A stretch of 64,000 bases of DNA from the human T2T-CHM13v2.0 reference genome, Homo sapiens (GCF_009914755.1 NC_060928.1); one strand, 5' to 3'. Shown: positions 1 to 16,440, counted from the stretch's first letter. Program-made: numbers and translations. The notes: generated from the sequence alone by a model not told the origin.

Positions 1-339
1 GACTCAGAGATGGAGATTAGCGTGTAGGAAATGCATTAGGGAGTACTCTTGAAATCCAAACAATGGAAGGGAAGGAAGTAGGAATAGGCAGAGGGAGAGA
101 TTGATACGTGATGTAGTTGCAACAGGAGCCTCAGCCGACATCATAGGATGGGCTTTCAGATTCCTCCTAGGTTAAGGCGAGGGGGTGGGCCTTTGCAGCG
201 CTGTGTTGATCAGTTTTTGGATATGAACTACCCTGAGAAGAGGACATGACCTTGGGGAAGGAGACATTTTGGGCAGGGCACTTCGTAAAAAGGGCTGATA
301 GCTGAAGGCTGTGTCCTGGCAGCACTTCTAGCACTTGGG
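1..339. mobile_element. Old ERVL-class LTR fragment (LTR40/LTR41-like), split by the L1; remainder continues to about 6450
   Basis: Resembles remembered ERVL LTR consensus (gagatggagatt...ggcagagggaga...gcaacag..gcctcagccga). Subfamily uncertain. Confidence 0.45.
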
Positions 340-597
340 AGAATAATTTCTTTTTATTTTTATTTTTTTATTTTTTATTTATTTATTTATTTATTATACT
401 TTAAGTTTTAGGGTACATGTGCACATTGTGCAGGTTAGTTACATACGTATACATGTGCCATGCTGGTGTGCTGCACCCACTAACTCGTCATCTAGCATTA
501 GGTATATCTCCCAATGCTATCCCTCCCCCCTCCCCCCACCCCACAACAGTCCCCAGAGTGTGATGTTCCCCTTCCTGTGTCCATGTGATCTCATTGT

Positions 598-4420
<3,823 letters not shown>

Positions 4421-4483
4421 TATGATGTTAGCTGGTTATTTTGCTCGTTAGTTGATGCAGTTTCTTCCTAGTCTCGATGGTCT

Positions 4484-5500
4484 TTACATTTCGGCATGAT
4501 TTTGCAGTGGCTGGTACCGGTTGTTCCTTTCCATGTTTAGCACTTCCTTCAGGAGCTCTTTTAGGGCAGGCCTGGTGGTGACAAAATCTCTCAGCATTTG
4601 CTTGTCTGTAAAGTATTTTATTTCTCCTTCACTTATGAAGCTTAGTTTGGCTGGATATGAAGTTCTGGGTTGAAAATTCTTTTCTTTAAGAATGTTGAAT
4701 ATCGGCCCCCACTCTCTTCTGGCTTGTAGGGTTTCTGCCGAGAGATCCATTGTTAGTCCGATGGGCTTCCCTTTGTGGGTAACCTGACCTTTCTCTCTGG
4801 CTGCCCTTAACATTTTTTCCTGCATTTCAACTTTGGTGAATCTGACAATTATGTGTCTTGGAGTTGCTCTTGTCGAGGAGTATCTTTGTGGCATTCTCTG
4901 TATTTCCTGAATCTGAACGTTGGCCTGCCTTGCTAGATTGGGGAAATTCTCCTGGATAATATCCTGCAGAGTGTTTTCCAACTTCGTTCCATTCTCCCCA
5001 TCACTTTCAGGTACACCAATCAGACGTAGATTTGGTTTTTTCACATAGTCCCATATTTCTTGGAGGCTTTGTTCATTTCTTTTTATTCTTTTTTCTCTAA
5101 ACTTCCCTTCTCGCTTCATTTCATTCATTTCATCTTCCATCGCTGATACCCGTTCTTCCAGTTGATTGCATTGGCTCCTGAGGCTTCTGCATTCTTCATG
5201 TAGTTCTCGAGCCTTGGCTTTCAGCTCCATCAGCTCCTTTAAGCACTTCTCTGCATTGGTTATTCTAGTTATACATCCTTCTAAATTTTTTTCAAAGTTT
5301 TCAACTTCTTTGCCTTTGGTTTGAATGTCCTCCCGTAGCTCAGAGTAATTTGATCATCTGAAGCCTTCTTCTCTCAGCTTGTCAAAGTCATTCTCCATCC
5401 AGCTTTGTTCCGTTGCTGGTGAGGAGCTGCATTCCTTTGGAGGAGGAGAGGCGCTCTGATTTTTAGAGTTTCCAGTTTTTCTGTTCTGTTTTTTCCCCAT
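4484..5500 (-). pseudogene. L1 ORF1p (RNA-binding chaperone), 338 codons with a nonsense mutation at codon 49
   Basis: ATG GGG AAA AAA CAG at 5500. The 1017-nt frame ends at 4484. In-frame TGA at 5356-5354 (CGA>TGA). The downstream part is track ORF 4484..5230. Confidence 0.95.
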
Positions 5501-6404
5501 CTTTGTGGTTTTATCTACTTTTGATCTTTGATGATGGTGATGTACAGATGGATTTTTGGTGTGGATGCCCTTTCTGTTTGTTAGTTTTCCTTCTAACAGA
5601 CAGGACCCTCAGCTGCAGGTCTGTTGGAGTACCCTGCAGTGTGAGGTGTCAGTGTGCCCCTGCTGGAGGGTGCCTCCCAGTTAGGCTGTTCGGGGGTCAG
5701 GGGTCAGGGACCCACTTGAGGGGGCAGTCTGCCTGTTCTCAGATCTCCAGCTGTGTACTGGGAGAACCACTGCTCTCTTCAAAGCTGTCAGACAGGGACA
5801 TTTAAGTCTGCAGAGGTTACTGCTGTCTTTTTGTTTGTCTGTGCCCTGCCCCCAGAGGTGGAGCCTACAGAGGCAGGCAGGCCTCCTTGAGCTGTGGTGG
5901 GCTCCACCCAGTTTGAGCTTCCCTGCTGCTTTGTTTACCTAAGCAAGCCTGGGCAATGGCGGGCACCCCTCCCCCAGCCTCGCTGCTGCCTTGCAGTTTG
6001 ATCTCAGACTGCCGTGCTAGCAATCAGTGAGACTCCGTGGGCGTAGGACCCTCTGAGCCAGGTGCGGGATATAATCTCGTGGTGTGCCGTTTTTTAAGCC
6101 CGTCGGAAAAGTGCCGTATTTGGGTGGGAGTGACCCGATTCTCCAGGTGCCGTCCGTCACCCCTTTCTTTGATTAGGAAAGGGAACTCCCTGACCCGTTG
6201 CACTTCCCGAGTGAGGCAATGCCTGGCCCTGCTCCGGCTCGCGCATGGTGCGCGCACCCACTGACCTACGCCCACTGTCTGGCACTCCCTAGTGAGATGA
6301 ACCCTGTACCGCAGATGGAAATGCAGAAATCACCCGTCTTCTGCGTCGCTCAGGCTGGGAGCTGTAGACCGGAGCTGTTCCTATTCGGCCATCTTGGCTT
6401 CTCC
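5501..6404 (-). promoter_or_regulatory. L1 5'UTR internal sense and antisense promoters; YY1 site
   Basis: CpG-rich 5'UTR of about 900 bp. YY1 motif CAAGATGGCCG is intact at 6386-6396 on the minus strand. Confidence 0.8.
5956..6264 (+). pseudogene. L1 ORF0 (antisense 5'UTR ORF) with a premature stop
   Basis: ATG at 5956 reads MAGTPPPASLLPCSLISDCRASNQ* (TGA at 6028-6030). The same frame continues VGVGPSEPGAGYNLVV... to 6264. Confidence 0.85.
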
Positions 6405-6453
6405 AGAATAATTTCTTTTAGTCTTAATGGGGGGTCTGGGCCATGGATCGCAG

Positions 6454-7185
6454 TGTTATGGGCTGAATTGTGTTTGCCCAAAATTCATATGTTCAAGTCC
6501 TCATCCCCAGTTTTTTAGAATGTAACTGTATTTGTAGGTAAGGTCTTTAAAGGGGTTAGTTAGGTTAAAATGAGATCCTTAGGGTGGGCCCTATCCAATA
6601 TGACTCGTGTCCTTATAAAAAGAAGAAATTTGGACATATAGAGAGCCATTAGAAGAATGTGTATACAGAGAGATGACCATGTAAAGACACAGTAAAAAAG
6701 CACCCATTGGCTGGGCAAGGTGGCTCACGCCTGTAATCCCAGCACTTTGGGATGATGAGGTGGGCAGATTGCCTGAGCTCAGGAGCTCAAGATTGGCCTG
6801 GGCAACACAGTGAAACCCTGTCTCTACTAAAATACAAAAAATTAGCTGGGCATGGCAGCGTGTGCCTGTAGTCCTAGCTACTTGGGAGGCTGAGGCAGAA
6901 TTGCTTGAACCTAGGAGGCAGAGGTTGCAGTGAGAATTGCTTGAACCTGGAGTGCAGAGATTGCGCCACTGCACTCCAGCCTGGGCGACAGAGTGAGACT
7001 CCGCCTCAAAAAAAAAAAGAAAAAGAAAGCAGCCATCTGCAAATCCGGTAGCGAGGCCTCAGAAGGAACCAAACCTGCACATGCATGATGTTGGACCCTG
7101 ACCTCCAGAACTGTGAGAAAATAAATTTCTGTTGTCTAAGCTACGCAGTCTGTGGGCTTTTGTTGTGGTAGCTCTAGCAGCGTGC
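6454..7185 (+). mobile_element. MaLR LTR, MLT1A/B/C-like, interrupted by an Alu
   Basis: Starts tgttatgggctgaattgtgt...aaattcatatgtt. Ends cctccagaactgtgagaaaataaatttctgttg. Confidence 0.8.
6709..7025 (+). mobile_element. AluS-like SINE with an internal duplication
   Basis: Dimeric Alu with A-tail and imperfect TSD aaagcacccat/aaagcagccat. Confidence 0.92.
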
Positions 7186-7829
7186 ACTAGATGCAGCTAC
7201 CTAGGAAACATTCATCTTTTACAATAAACTTGGTTTTGTCATTATGCGTTCTGAGATTCACACTCTCCTTTTGTGGCTTGTTCTAAGTATCAGGAGAAAC
7301 CTAGCTAGCAGTATGCTCTCTTATCTTTATAGTAGTTAGGTTTGTTCTATGGTGGCTTTCTATATCTGACTCAAATTGTGTCATCATCCAATCATTTATT
7401 CAACTCTTGAAGTATAAGATCAGCATTTAATTTGGAATCAAAAATCTGAATTTATCACTTAAAAAAAAGAGCTATGTTTGTTAGGCACACTATCTCCAAA
7501 CAAAGAAGAGTGTTGATCTTACATAGGGCTGTTGGGAGGCATGGCGTTCAGGTATTGATGAAGATTCACTGGCAGGAATGGGTTAACTCAGCTGGAGATG
7601 CTTGGTCACTGGGGTGGGGATATTTTTGAGGGGCTGAATTTCAGAGGCATGTTTGCTGAAATGAGGCTGTGGTTGATTGGCTGGCTTTATAAAGAAGAGG
7701 GATGCCACTGATGGGCTGGCTTTTGGAAGCATGTTCATTGACGTGAGTAGTATTTGATGGAACAAAATAAATTCTAGTTCTGGTAGTTACTTTTTACCAT
7801 GACTATGAAACAATCAGTTTTTTGCTAGG

Positions 7830-8065
7830 ACTATGGAAATAGTGACTTGCAAATAGTAGGTGTCAATAAATATTTGCTGAATTAATTGAAAAGTGAAAGA
7901 TACTAAATAGGCTATTAAATATATGAGTCTAGATTTTACTGAGGAGTCTGGGTCTTCAGGAGTCACCACCATCGAGTTGGGATTTAAAGCCTGATTCTGG
8001 ACAAGATCACCTTGGGTGTGCGAATAGAAGAAAGAAGTCTGAGAACTAATCCTTGGGGTTTTGCA
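7830..8065. mobile_element. L2 fragments
   Basis: L2 3'-tail motif atagtaggtgtcaataaatatttgctgaattaattgaa and adjacent degenerate L2-like sequence. Confidence 0.5.
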
Positions 8066-8386
8066 AAGTTTGCAAACTTTGTATGCGTTGACATCGTAGT
8101 TTACTATCAAATAGTCTAAAAATAAAAAAATTAAGGTATAAAATGAATCAGCATGTAAACTAATTGCTTCTGTCAAATTGTTATGTTTGGGTTGAGTTCC
8201 TCTTGACCATCCTCCATCTCAAATTGCTAAGCACAAAGAACTGAGAAAACTGATGGCTGGATTCAGTGACCTCTTTTGAGCCATGAGATAAAACAGAGTG
8301 AATAAGAAAAATCAGCAAGTTTGTTTCTACCATCTTTTCCCCATATTGGAAAATCAATGTAAAGTTGTTTTAAAGAAAGTATTCTT

Positions 8387-8728
8387 GAGAATGATGATTT
8401 CCAATTTCATCCACGTCCCTACAAAGGACAGGAAATCATCATTCTCAGTAAACTATCGCAAGAACAAAAAACCAAACACCGCATGTTCTCACTCATAGGT
8501 GGGAATTGAAAAATGAGAACACATGGACACAGGAAGGGGAACATCACACTATGGGGACTGTTGTGGGGTGGGGGGAAGGGGGAGGGATAGCATTAGGAGA
8601 TATACCTAATGCTAAATGACGAGTTAATGGGTGCAGCACACCAGCATGGCACATGTATACATATGTAACTAACCTGCACATTGTGCACATGTACCCTAAA
8701 ACTTAAAGTATAATAATAATAATAAAAA
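8387..8728 (+). mobile_element. 5'-inverted (twin-primed), truncated L1PA3-like insertion
   Basis: Antisense L1 at 8387-8430, sense L1 3' end at 8431-8728 with A-tail. TSD aaagaaagtattctt at 8372-8386 and 8729-8743. The 3'UTR reads gctaaatgacgagttaatgg. Confidence 0.93.
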
Positions 8729-11426
8729 AAAGAAAGTATTCTTTCCAGAGAGCAGAGATTTCAGAAGAATAGTGTTAGCACAATATCCTTTCCCTCCGTG
8801 AATATGAGGGGCAACTTTCAACTCTTTCTGTTCCAAAGAAATGCACGAAGATAATCTCTCTTCTTAGACTAGGGGTCTTGCAAAGGCAGGTGCTCACTGT
8901 GTAGGCCTTCCTCATTGATCCTTTCAGAACTGTAGCATGGCACAGTTTGGAGAATGTGCCTAGAAATAGCCTGAGTCCACACCAACAGGTAGAGCAAGGA
9001 TAGATAAGTTTTCCCTGGAGTCCAGAGTGAGCCATGGAAGTAGAAGAGGCAGGGCATATTGTCATCCCAGCAGACTAAGAGAATGAAAAAAAAAAAAATC
9101 ACTCTTTATGGCATACCTGGTGACCAATAGCTAGACTGAAAGGAAGGAAGTGGCACTGCCTCAATTGTGTGACCCATCCCAGGATGCTGTGCAATTGAGT
9201 ATCACACTAGAAAGTCAAGAATAGGCCGCCAGCACCAGACAACAAACCGGATAAGTATACTAGTGGCCACAGGCAGCAAAGAAGTGAAGGCAGCACAAAG
9301 CAAGCACATAATAACTCCATTACCAAGGTGCAGGGGGTCACAAGGAAGATGCTTTACTCTCTTGCTGGTAGTGCCAGTAAATACATGAAGGCAAGCAGCC
9401 CCCTAGTAGTTTAGGGTTAGATAGGAGAAAGGAGGAAGCACAAGATCCAGAGTTTGTTAGGCCTTGGGATGTAAAGCAAAGATAAGATGAAATGATCTTG
9501 ACAGAGACACAAAATTGACCAGGGTGAAGAATGTTATGAGACAATGCTTAGAATGATTAGGCTTTGCTCTTTTCTTTTTGACATTAAAACAGTGCTTGAC
9601 ATATAGTAAGCGCTCAATACATATTTTCACATTTGTAAATAGCTGTTTAAGACATCCAGAGGCATCAGAATTGATCTGAGAATCAGAAACAATGTTCAGG
9701 TTGTTTTTTAGGCTTTTCAAGCCCACTCCAGAAACAACACATTTGAAAAGGAAACTGTGATTAGCAAGACATGGGTTCTGTTAAGAGAAGAAAGATTCTT
9801 AAGAACCAAAGGAGGCCCTGGTGGAAGCAGGTCCCTGAATTCATGTCATTGCATGAGCTTTAAGAGAGAATAGGGGCAAGGTCAAAGTCACTTCTGCTGG
9901 AAGCAGGGTTCAGAGGAAATGGGCTATGATGCTGGAGAGCTCAATGGTATCTGGTATAAGGCATGTGACTTTAGGGGAGTGGTTCCTGATTGGAGAAACT
10001 GCTGAATATTATAGGTTACCAGCACCAGGGGAGCAAACAAATGTCTGTCTGATTTCATATTAGTGAACACTGCATGCTGCAACTGCTGAGCAGTCCCTTC
10101 AGCTGACTTACCCATTGAAGTGTGTTGCCTTGGCTCTCAGGTGAAGCTTTTATGTTGTCCATGAATTATCTAATAGAGGGGATGCATTTGCTCTATCCAC
10201 ACTCCCCATGCTATCTTCCTTTTTCCAATGACCAACCCACACTGCAAAATAGAAAGTAAGGACTAAGAGATGCAGACTGGATATGGTCTTGTGGAATGAA
10301 AGTTCTCAGCACCAGCTCTTTTGTGGGACTGGAGTGGGGATACCCATCTCCACTACGTATTATTAATTTCTATTTTATCTAGAGATGCTGTTTCTTATCT
10401 GCCACCACTTCCCATCTCCACTATCAAAATCTTGCCAGTCTTTCAAATCATCATAAAGTCATCTCTTCTGTGAAAACCCAATTATCTGCTTTTCTTTCAT
10501 CCCATTCCTTTTGTGAATTCCTGCACTGGTACTAGTTTAAGCAAAGAATGGAATTTGTTGGCTCCATATCCAAGCCAGCAGATGCACAGGAATAGAGACA
10601 GATTTTTGGAATGACTGCAACCCACAGTACTAATGCTGCCATAAGCTTTATTCTGCATTTATTATTATTACTGCTTTTCATTGTGAGTAGTATCAATTCT
10701 TCCATGCCAGTTCTTTTTGTGAGGAAGAAATTGAAGCTAACAAAAGAAACTTGGCTTTATTTTTTCAGCTTCACCATCAGAGAAAAACTGACTCTCTTTC
10801 CTTGATTCCAGGAAGGACTTGGTATACTGGTTTGGGTTGTTTGTGAGCCGTGTGGCTACGGAGTGAGGATGGTGATTGGCAGTCTCAAACATAAAACAGG
10901 AAAGAACACCTAAGGAATCTTGATGTTTTTCCTAAAAAAGATAGGCCTACTATACACATCAAACCTAGCTAAATTAACTACAGGGGGTAAATTGAGTAGT
11001 AATGTAGTGACTAGAAAATTTTATCATATTTCACGTCACCCTATTATAATAACACTTGCATATCTGATTGTTTGTGTTATGTTACAAACATAAGGAGAGT
11101 GTATTAGATTAAGAATAGAAAGAGATATCAGAACTTCTGTAATTTAGCAATTTATCCTTGTATCTCAAGCCCCAGCACCAAACATGATAAGACAACCTAT
11201 ATTTTCTATTTAACAAGTTAACATACCTATTACATATCTAGACATTTAAATTATTTATGCATCACATAGTGAATAAAATGAGCCACCTGATTTCACCAGA
11301 AATTAGTTAATTCAATCGTGCATCACAAACAATGGGGATATGTTCTGAAAAATGCATCTTTAGGCGATTTCATCATTGTTTGAACATCACAGAAGGTACT
11401 TACACAAACATAGATGGTATAGCCTG

Positions 11427-11790
11427 TGATACGGTTTGGCTGTGTCCCCACCCAAATCTCATGTTGAATTGTAGCTCCCATAATTCCCACGTGTCAAGGG
11501 AGGGACCCAGTGGGATGTAATTGAATCATGGAGGAGGGTCTTTCCTGTGCTGTTCTCATGATAGTGAATAAGTCTCATGAGATCTGATGGTTTTATAAAG
11601 GGGAGTTCCCCTACACAAGCTCTCTTGCCTGCCACCATGTAAGATGTGACTTTGCTCCTCATTTGCCTTCATCGATGATTATGAGGCCTCCCCAGCCATG
11701 TGGAACTGTGAGTCCATTAAACCTCTTTCCTTTATAAATTACCCAGTCTCAGGTATGTTTTTATTAGCAGCATGAGAACAGACTAATACA
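11427..11790 (+). mobile_element. THE1 solo LTR (364 bp; THE1B-like)
   Basis: tgatacggtttggctgtgtccccacccaaatctc ... gagaacagactaataca, with 5-bp TSD gcctg/gccta. Confidence 0.9.
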
Positions 11791-12172
11791 GCCTACTATA
11801 CACTTAGGCTAAATGGTATAGTTAGCCTATTGCTCCTAGGCTATAAAGCTATATAGCATGTCACTGTACTGAACACTGTGGGCAATTATAACACAATGGG
11901 AAGTATTTGTGTACCTAAACATATAAAAAGCACAGTAAAAATAAAAAATGGTACCCCCATATAGGGCACTTACCATGAGTGGAAGCTGCAGGATTGGAAG
12001 TTGCTCTGGATGAATCAGTGAGTGAGCAGTGAGTGAATGTGAAGGCCTAGGACATGACTGTACATTATTTTAGACTTTATAAACACTGTACACTTAGGGT
12101 GCAGTAAATCTGTGAAAAAATGTTTTTCTTCAATAATATATTAATCTTAGGTGTCTGTAACATTTTTACTGA

Positions 12173-12468
<296 letters not shown>

Positions 12469-12886
12469 AATAAACTAGTTTTTAAAAACCTTTTGACTCT
12501 TTGGTAATAACAATTACCTTAAAACACAAATACATTGTACAGCTGTACAAAAATATTTTCTTTATAGCCTTTCCTATAAGCTTTTTTCTATTTTTATTTA
12601 TTTTATTTTTTTACTTTTTAAATTTCTTTGTTAAAAACTCAGACATAGACACACACATTAGCGCTTAAGCCTACACAGGGTCAGGATCATCAATATCACT
12701 GTCTTCCACTTCTACATCTTGTCCCACTGGAAGTTCTTCCGGGGTAATAATAGCGTGAAGCTATCCTTTCTTATGATAACAATGCCTTCTTCTGGAAAAG
12801 CTCCTGAAGAACTTGTCTGAGGCTGTTTTACAGTTACATTTTTTTTTTAAATAAGTAGAAGTACACTCTAAAATAACGATAAGAAA

Positions 12887-14539
12887 TGTCTCAGGATCCT
12901 TGGGGTGTTGCCTTTCCAGGCAGAAGCCTCTGTGGCCAGTGGCACCTTTGCCTGAGTTTTGCTTGAGCCCGCCGGGCTCGTTCTGCTCACTCGGCCTGGC
13001 AGGCAGTGCTGAGCTTGCACTATCAGCCCGGATTCCATGCCTGCCGAGGGAGAGTCAGGCGCGGAGCAGCGAGAGGGTAGTGATGAGCAAATGTGGGGTC
13101 TGGCCACTGTGCACAGCCAGGCTGCTGCGGTGAGGCGGGCAGCTCCAGGCACCAGCACAGGCGCCTGCTCCGTGCAAGCCTGCGGCTGGAACAGATGCAC
13201 TGCAAGTGGCTTCCACTGTGGGCACCGATGTCTGGATGAGGGGAATGCGGTGATGCCTGGAAGCTTGGAGATGTCAGAAACCACAGAGCCCCAAAGAGGG
13301 TATCACAGCTCTGGCTCGGGGAGCACCTAGGTCTGGGCTCCCAGAAGGGCCACAGCTCTTCTCTCCTTCTCATCACCCGCAATGTGGTGAGCAGGGAGTT
13401 GAGTTTCAGCTCTGTTTGTGTTACAGCTCTTTCAGTCCCTCCATTCAATGGGTTTTGAGTTCTTGTCCTGCATCCGGGAAGAAGGAGGTATGTGGACAAC
13501 TGTAGGGTAAGCAAGGTGGAGAGGAGCTTTATTGAGTGACAGAATAGCTTTTGGGAGACCTGAAGTTGGTACCTCCTTTCTGTAGGTCATTCCAACGAGT
13601 GTCTGGCTCTCAGCAGAGAGGAGACCTGCAGTGGATAGCTCCTACCTGCAGGCAGGTCATCCTGACAAGTGTCCAGTTCTCAGCAGAGAGGAGACCCACA
13701 GTGTGTAGCTCCTTTCTGCAGGCAGATCATCCTGACAAATCGAGGAGACCTGAAGTAGGTAGCTCCTTCCTGCAGCTGGTAGTCCTGATGTCTGTGTGAG
13801 TCTGGCTGGGTCTGGGTTTTTATGGGCTCAGAAGGGAGTAAGTGCATGCTGATTGGTCCATGGGTGGCCATGAGTGGGCCTGGAAAAAGCACCATAAGTC
13901 CTCACTCTGGGCCACAGACTCCATCCAGAATGGACAACCTGGCCCCCAGGCTTCAGGCCGTCCCTGGCTTGAAGGTGGGGCTTCACCTGTCTTTTTCTGC
14001 CCAGGAGCCTGTCTGCCTCCTGCCACCATCAACATGTCATCCACAGTGCCCAGACTGTTCATGCCAAGGGGTGCCTGCAGGCCCATGCTGAGCCACCCTC
14101 AGACCTCCTTCAGCCTCCCTCCCATGCTCGTTGGCACCCCGAATTTGGAGAGGGCCAAGGAGGCAGGGGACTAGCATATCACACATGCGGTCAGGTCATG
14201 ACAGCACCAGGCTTGGTTACAACATTGCTCCACCCCCAAGCAGGTGCTGGGAGTGGGGAGAGGCCAAGTAGCAGGAGCAGGCACTTTCAAGCGTGCTGGA
14301 GCAAGGGGTTTCCTGGGCCCTTGAGTGTGCAGGGATGCTGGGATCTGGAGCCCCAGCTGGGTGGCTGCAGCTGTGCCTGAACGCACGGGACTCCTGCCCT
14401 ACTGACTTGGTAGGGGTCAGGGCTCCTGCCTATTCCTGGCCCCTGCTGGCTCCACGGAGTGCACGACCCCAGCGGTGCCTCCCCTGCTGCAGCCAGCATG
14501 TTTGCAGCAGCTGGTCCAGACGGGCCACTGCTGCCATCA
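12887..14539 (-). mobile_element. MER52A-like ERV1 solo LTR (about 1.65 kb, GC-rich)
   Basis: Minus strand begins TGATGGCAGCAGTGGCCCGTCTGGA and ends ...AGGATCCTGAGACA. Internal degenerate tandem repeats at 13555-13790. Confidence 0.85.
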
Positions 14540-16002
14540 GATGTATGATATAGTAAACACATACACCAGCAACCTAATTATTTATTATCATTATGAAGTA
14601 TTATGTACTGTACATAATTGTATCTGCTAAACTTTTGTACAACTGGCAGCACAGGTTTGTTTACATTAGCATTACCACAAGTGCATGAGTAATGGATTGC
14701 ACTATGACTTTACAATAGGTACAATGTCACAGCAATATGAATTTTTAAGCTCTATTATAATCTGATGGGGTCACTGATGTATATGCAGTCCATTGTTGAC
14801 TAAAATGTCATTATGCAATGCATGACTGTATGTCCATAATGAAATCAATACATTAAGTGCTTTTGGGTATTACTGATACTGTTCTTAAAAAATTATATAT
14901 GGGGCTTCCCTTGACACATAACACAATTTTAGATGAACCTCTTCTGTAATCAGTTAGTATGTGCACAAAGAATTCAATTACTTAACATGAGTTTACAAAA
15001 ACTATTCAATATTTTTGTAACAACAACAAATCAGTTTAAGTTTATGTAGCAATAAGCCAAAGTTATAGAATGGCTCTTTCTGGTAATCTTTCAGGTTGTG
15101 TCAAATGTTTCTGTAAAACAAGGAGGCAGATGTTTGACTGATACATAAAACCAGTTATGTGACTTTGTAGACACCCTTCAGTGTTTTCTGTTATATTTCT
15201 TACTATCATGTCTGTGATGAGGGACCAATACTAAGAGTCTTATACTCAAAACTTGTAGGATTCACAATCAATTGTAAATTTAGAGCAGTGGTCAATGATC
15301 ATTGCCACATATAAAGTTGTCATAATTTTAGTTGAATGCTTTGCTTGTTAAAGATGGTCACACTGATGGTAGCTCTTACTGCTAAATTTAATTTTACAGA
15401 GGCCATTAAGTGAACAAATGACTTATTAGCAAAGGACCAATTATAGCATTATTAAGGGAGAAATGAGAAATAGTATCTGAGTATTTTCTAAATTTGAATT
15501 TTAAATCTGAAGATCAAATGCAGTTCTTGTGTGTGTTTGGGTAAACAAGAGTTATTTCAAGGTAGTCTAGGAGAGTACCTTTTGTGATTTAGAAAAATAA
15601 GTCTGACCTTTATATTTCACTTTTTCCCATTAGCTAGACAATAATTCATGGTACCTAATCATTATATAAGATTCAGTAAAAAAAATTCCATTATAATATC
15701 AAAAAAGGAATCAGTAAGTTTTCCCACAAGTGGTTTTTTTTTACATCCTCTAACTCATGCATGTCATTTGCATGACAGCTGTGCATTTAGAATTGAGAAA
15801 ACAGTAACAAAGCTTAATGAGATTTGTAAATTTTTATAATAAAAAACTCTTCAAGCAGCCAAACTCATTTTTGCAGTCATTTAAAACTCTGTTGCAGAAG
15901 GGACTTGATTTTGAATAAGTAACATTTTTCTTTCTCTTAATCAGACAGGAAATTTAGCAGATTTTTCTCTATACGGATTGTTAAACATTTCTTATAGTTG
16001 AG

Positions 16003-16440
16003 TGTGGTAGGCTGAATAACAATCCCTCAGAGATGTTCACGTCCTAATCCCTGGAATCTGTGACTATGTTATTTTACATGGAAAAAGGAGCTTCACAAAT
16101 GTGATTAAGTTAAGGGTCTTCCATGGAGATATTATCCTGGATTATCTAGGTGGGTCCTATGTAGTTTTAAGGGTCTTTATAAGACGGATGCAGGAATATC
16201 AAGGTAAATAGTAGGAGATGTTACAAAGGAATACAGGTGGCTTCTAGAAGCTGGAAAAGCCAAGGAAATGGATTCAACCCCAGAGACTTCAGAAGGATCT
16301 AGCTCTGCAGGCACCTTGATTAAAGCCACATAAGACTCATTCTGGATTTCTGCTCTCTGGAACTGAAAGCAGATAAATTGTGTTGTTTCAAGCCACTAAG
16401 TTTATGGTAATTTATTACAGCAGCAATAGGAACTAATATG
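16003..16440 (+). mobile_element. MLT1D-like MaLR LTR
   Basis: tgtggtaggctgaataa...cctaatccctggaatctgtga ... aagccactaagtttatggtaatttattacagcagcaataggaactaata. Confidence 0.82.

Noticed and set aside
6591-6974. Alu-derived ORFs (also 16931-17227, 22047-22259, 24508-24738, 38222-38498, 49674-49914)
   Set aside because: Typical antisense-Alu translations, not genes.
13555-13790. Repeat-spacer-like array (gagacc...gtagctcct..ctgcagg)
   Set aside because: Degenerate internal tandem repeats of the MER52 LTR in primate DNA, with no unique spacers and no cas genes. Not CRISPR.
12868-14562. Cluster of overlapping 60-160 aa ORFs
   Set aside because: They lie in the GC-rich MER52 LTR, where stop codons are rare, and show no recognisable domains.
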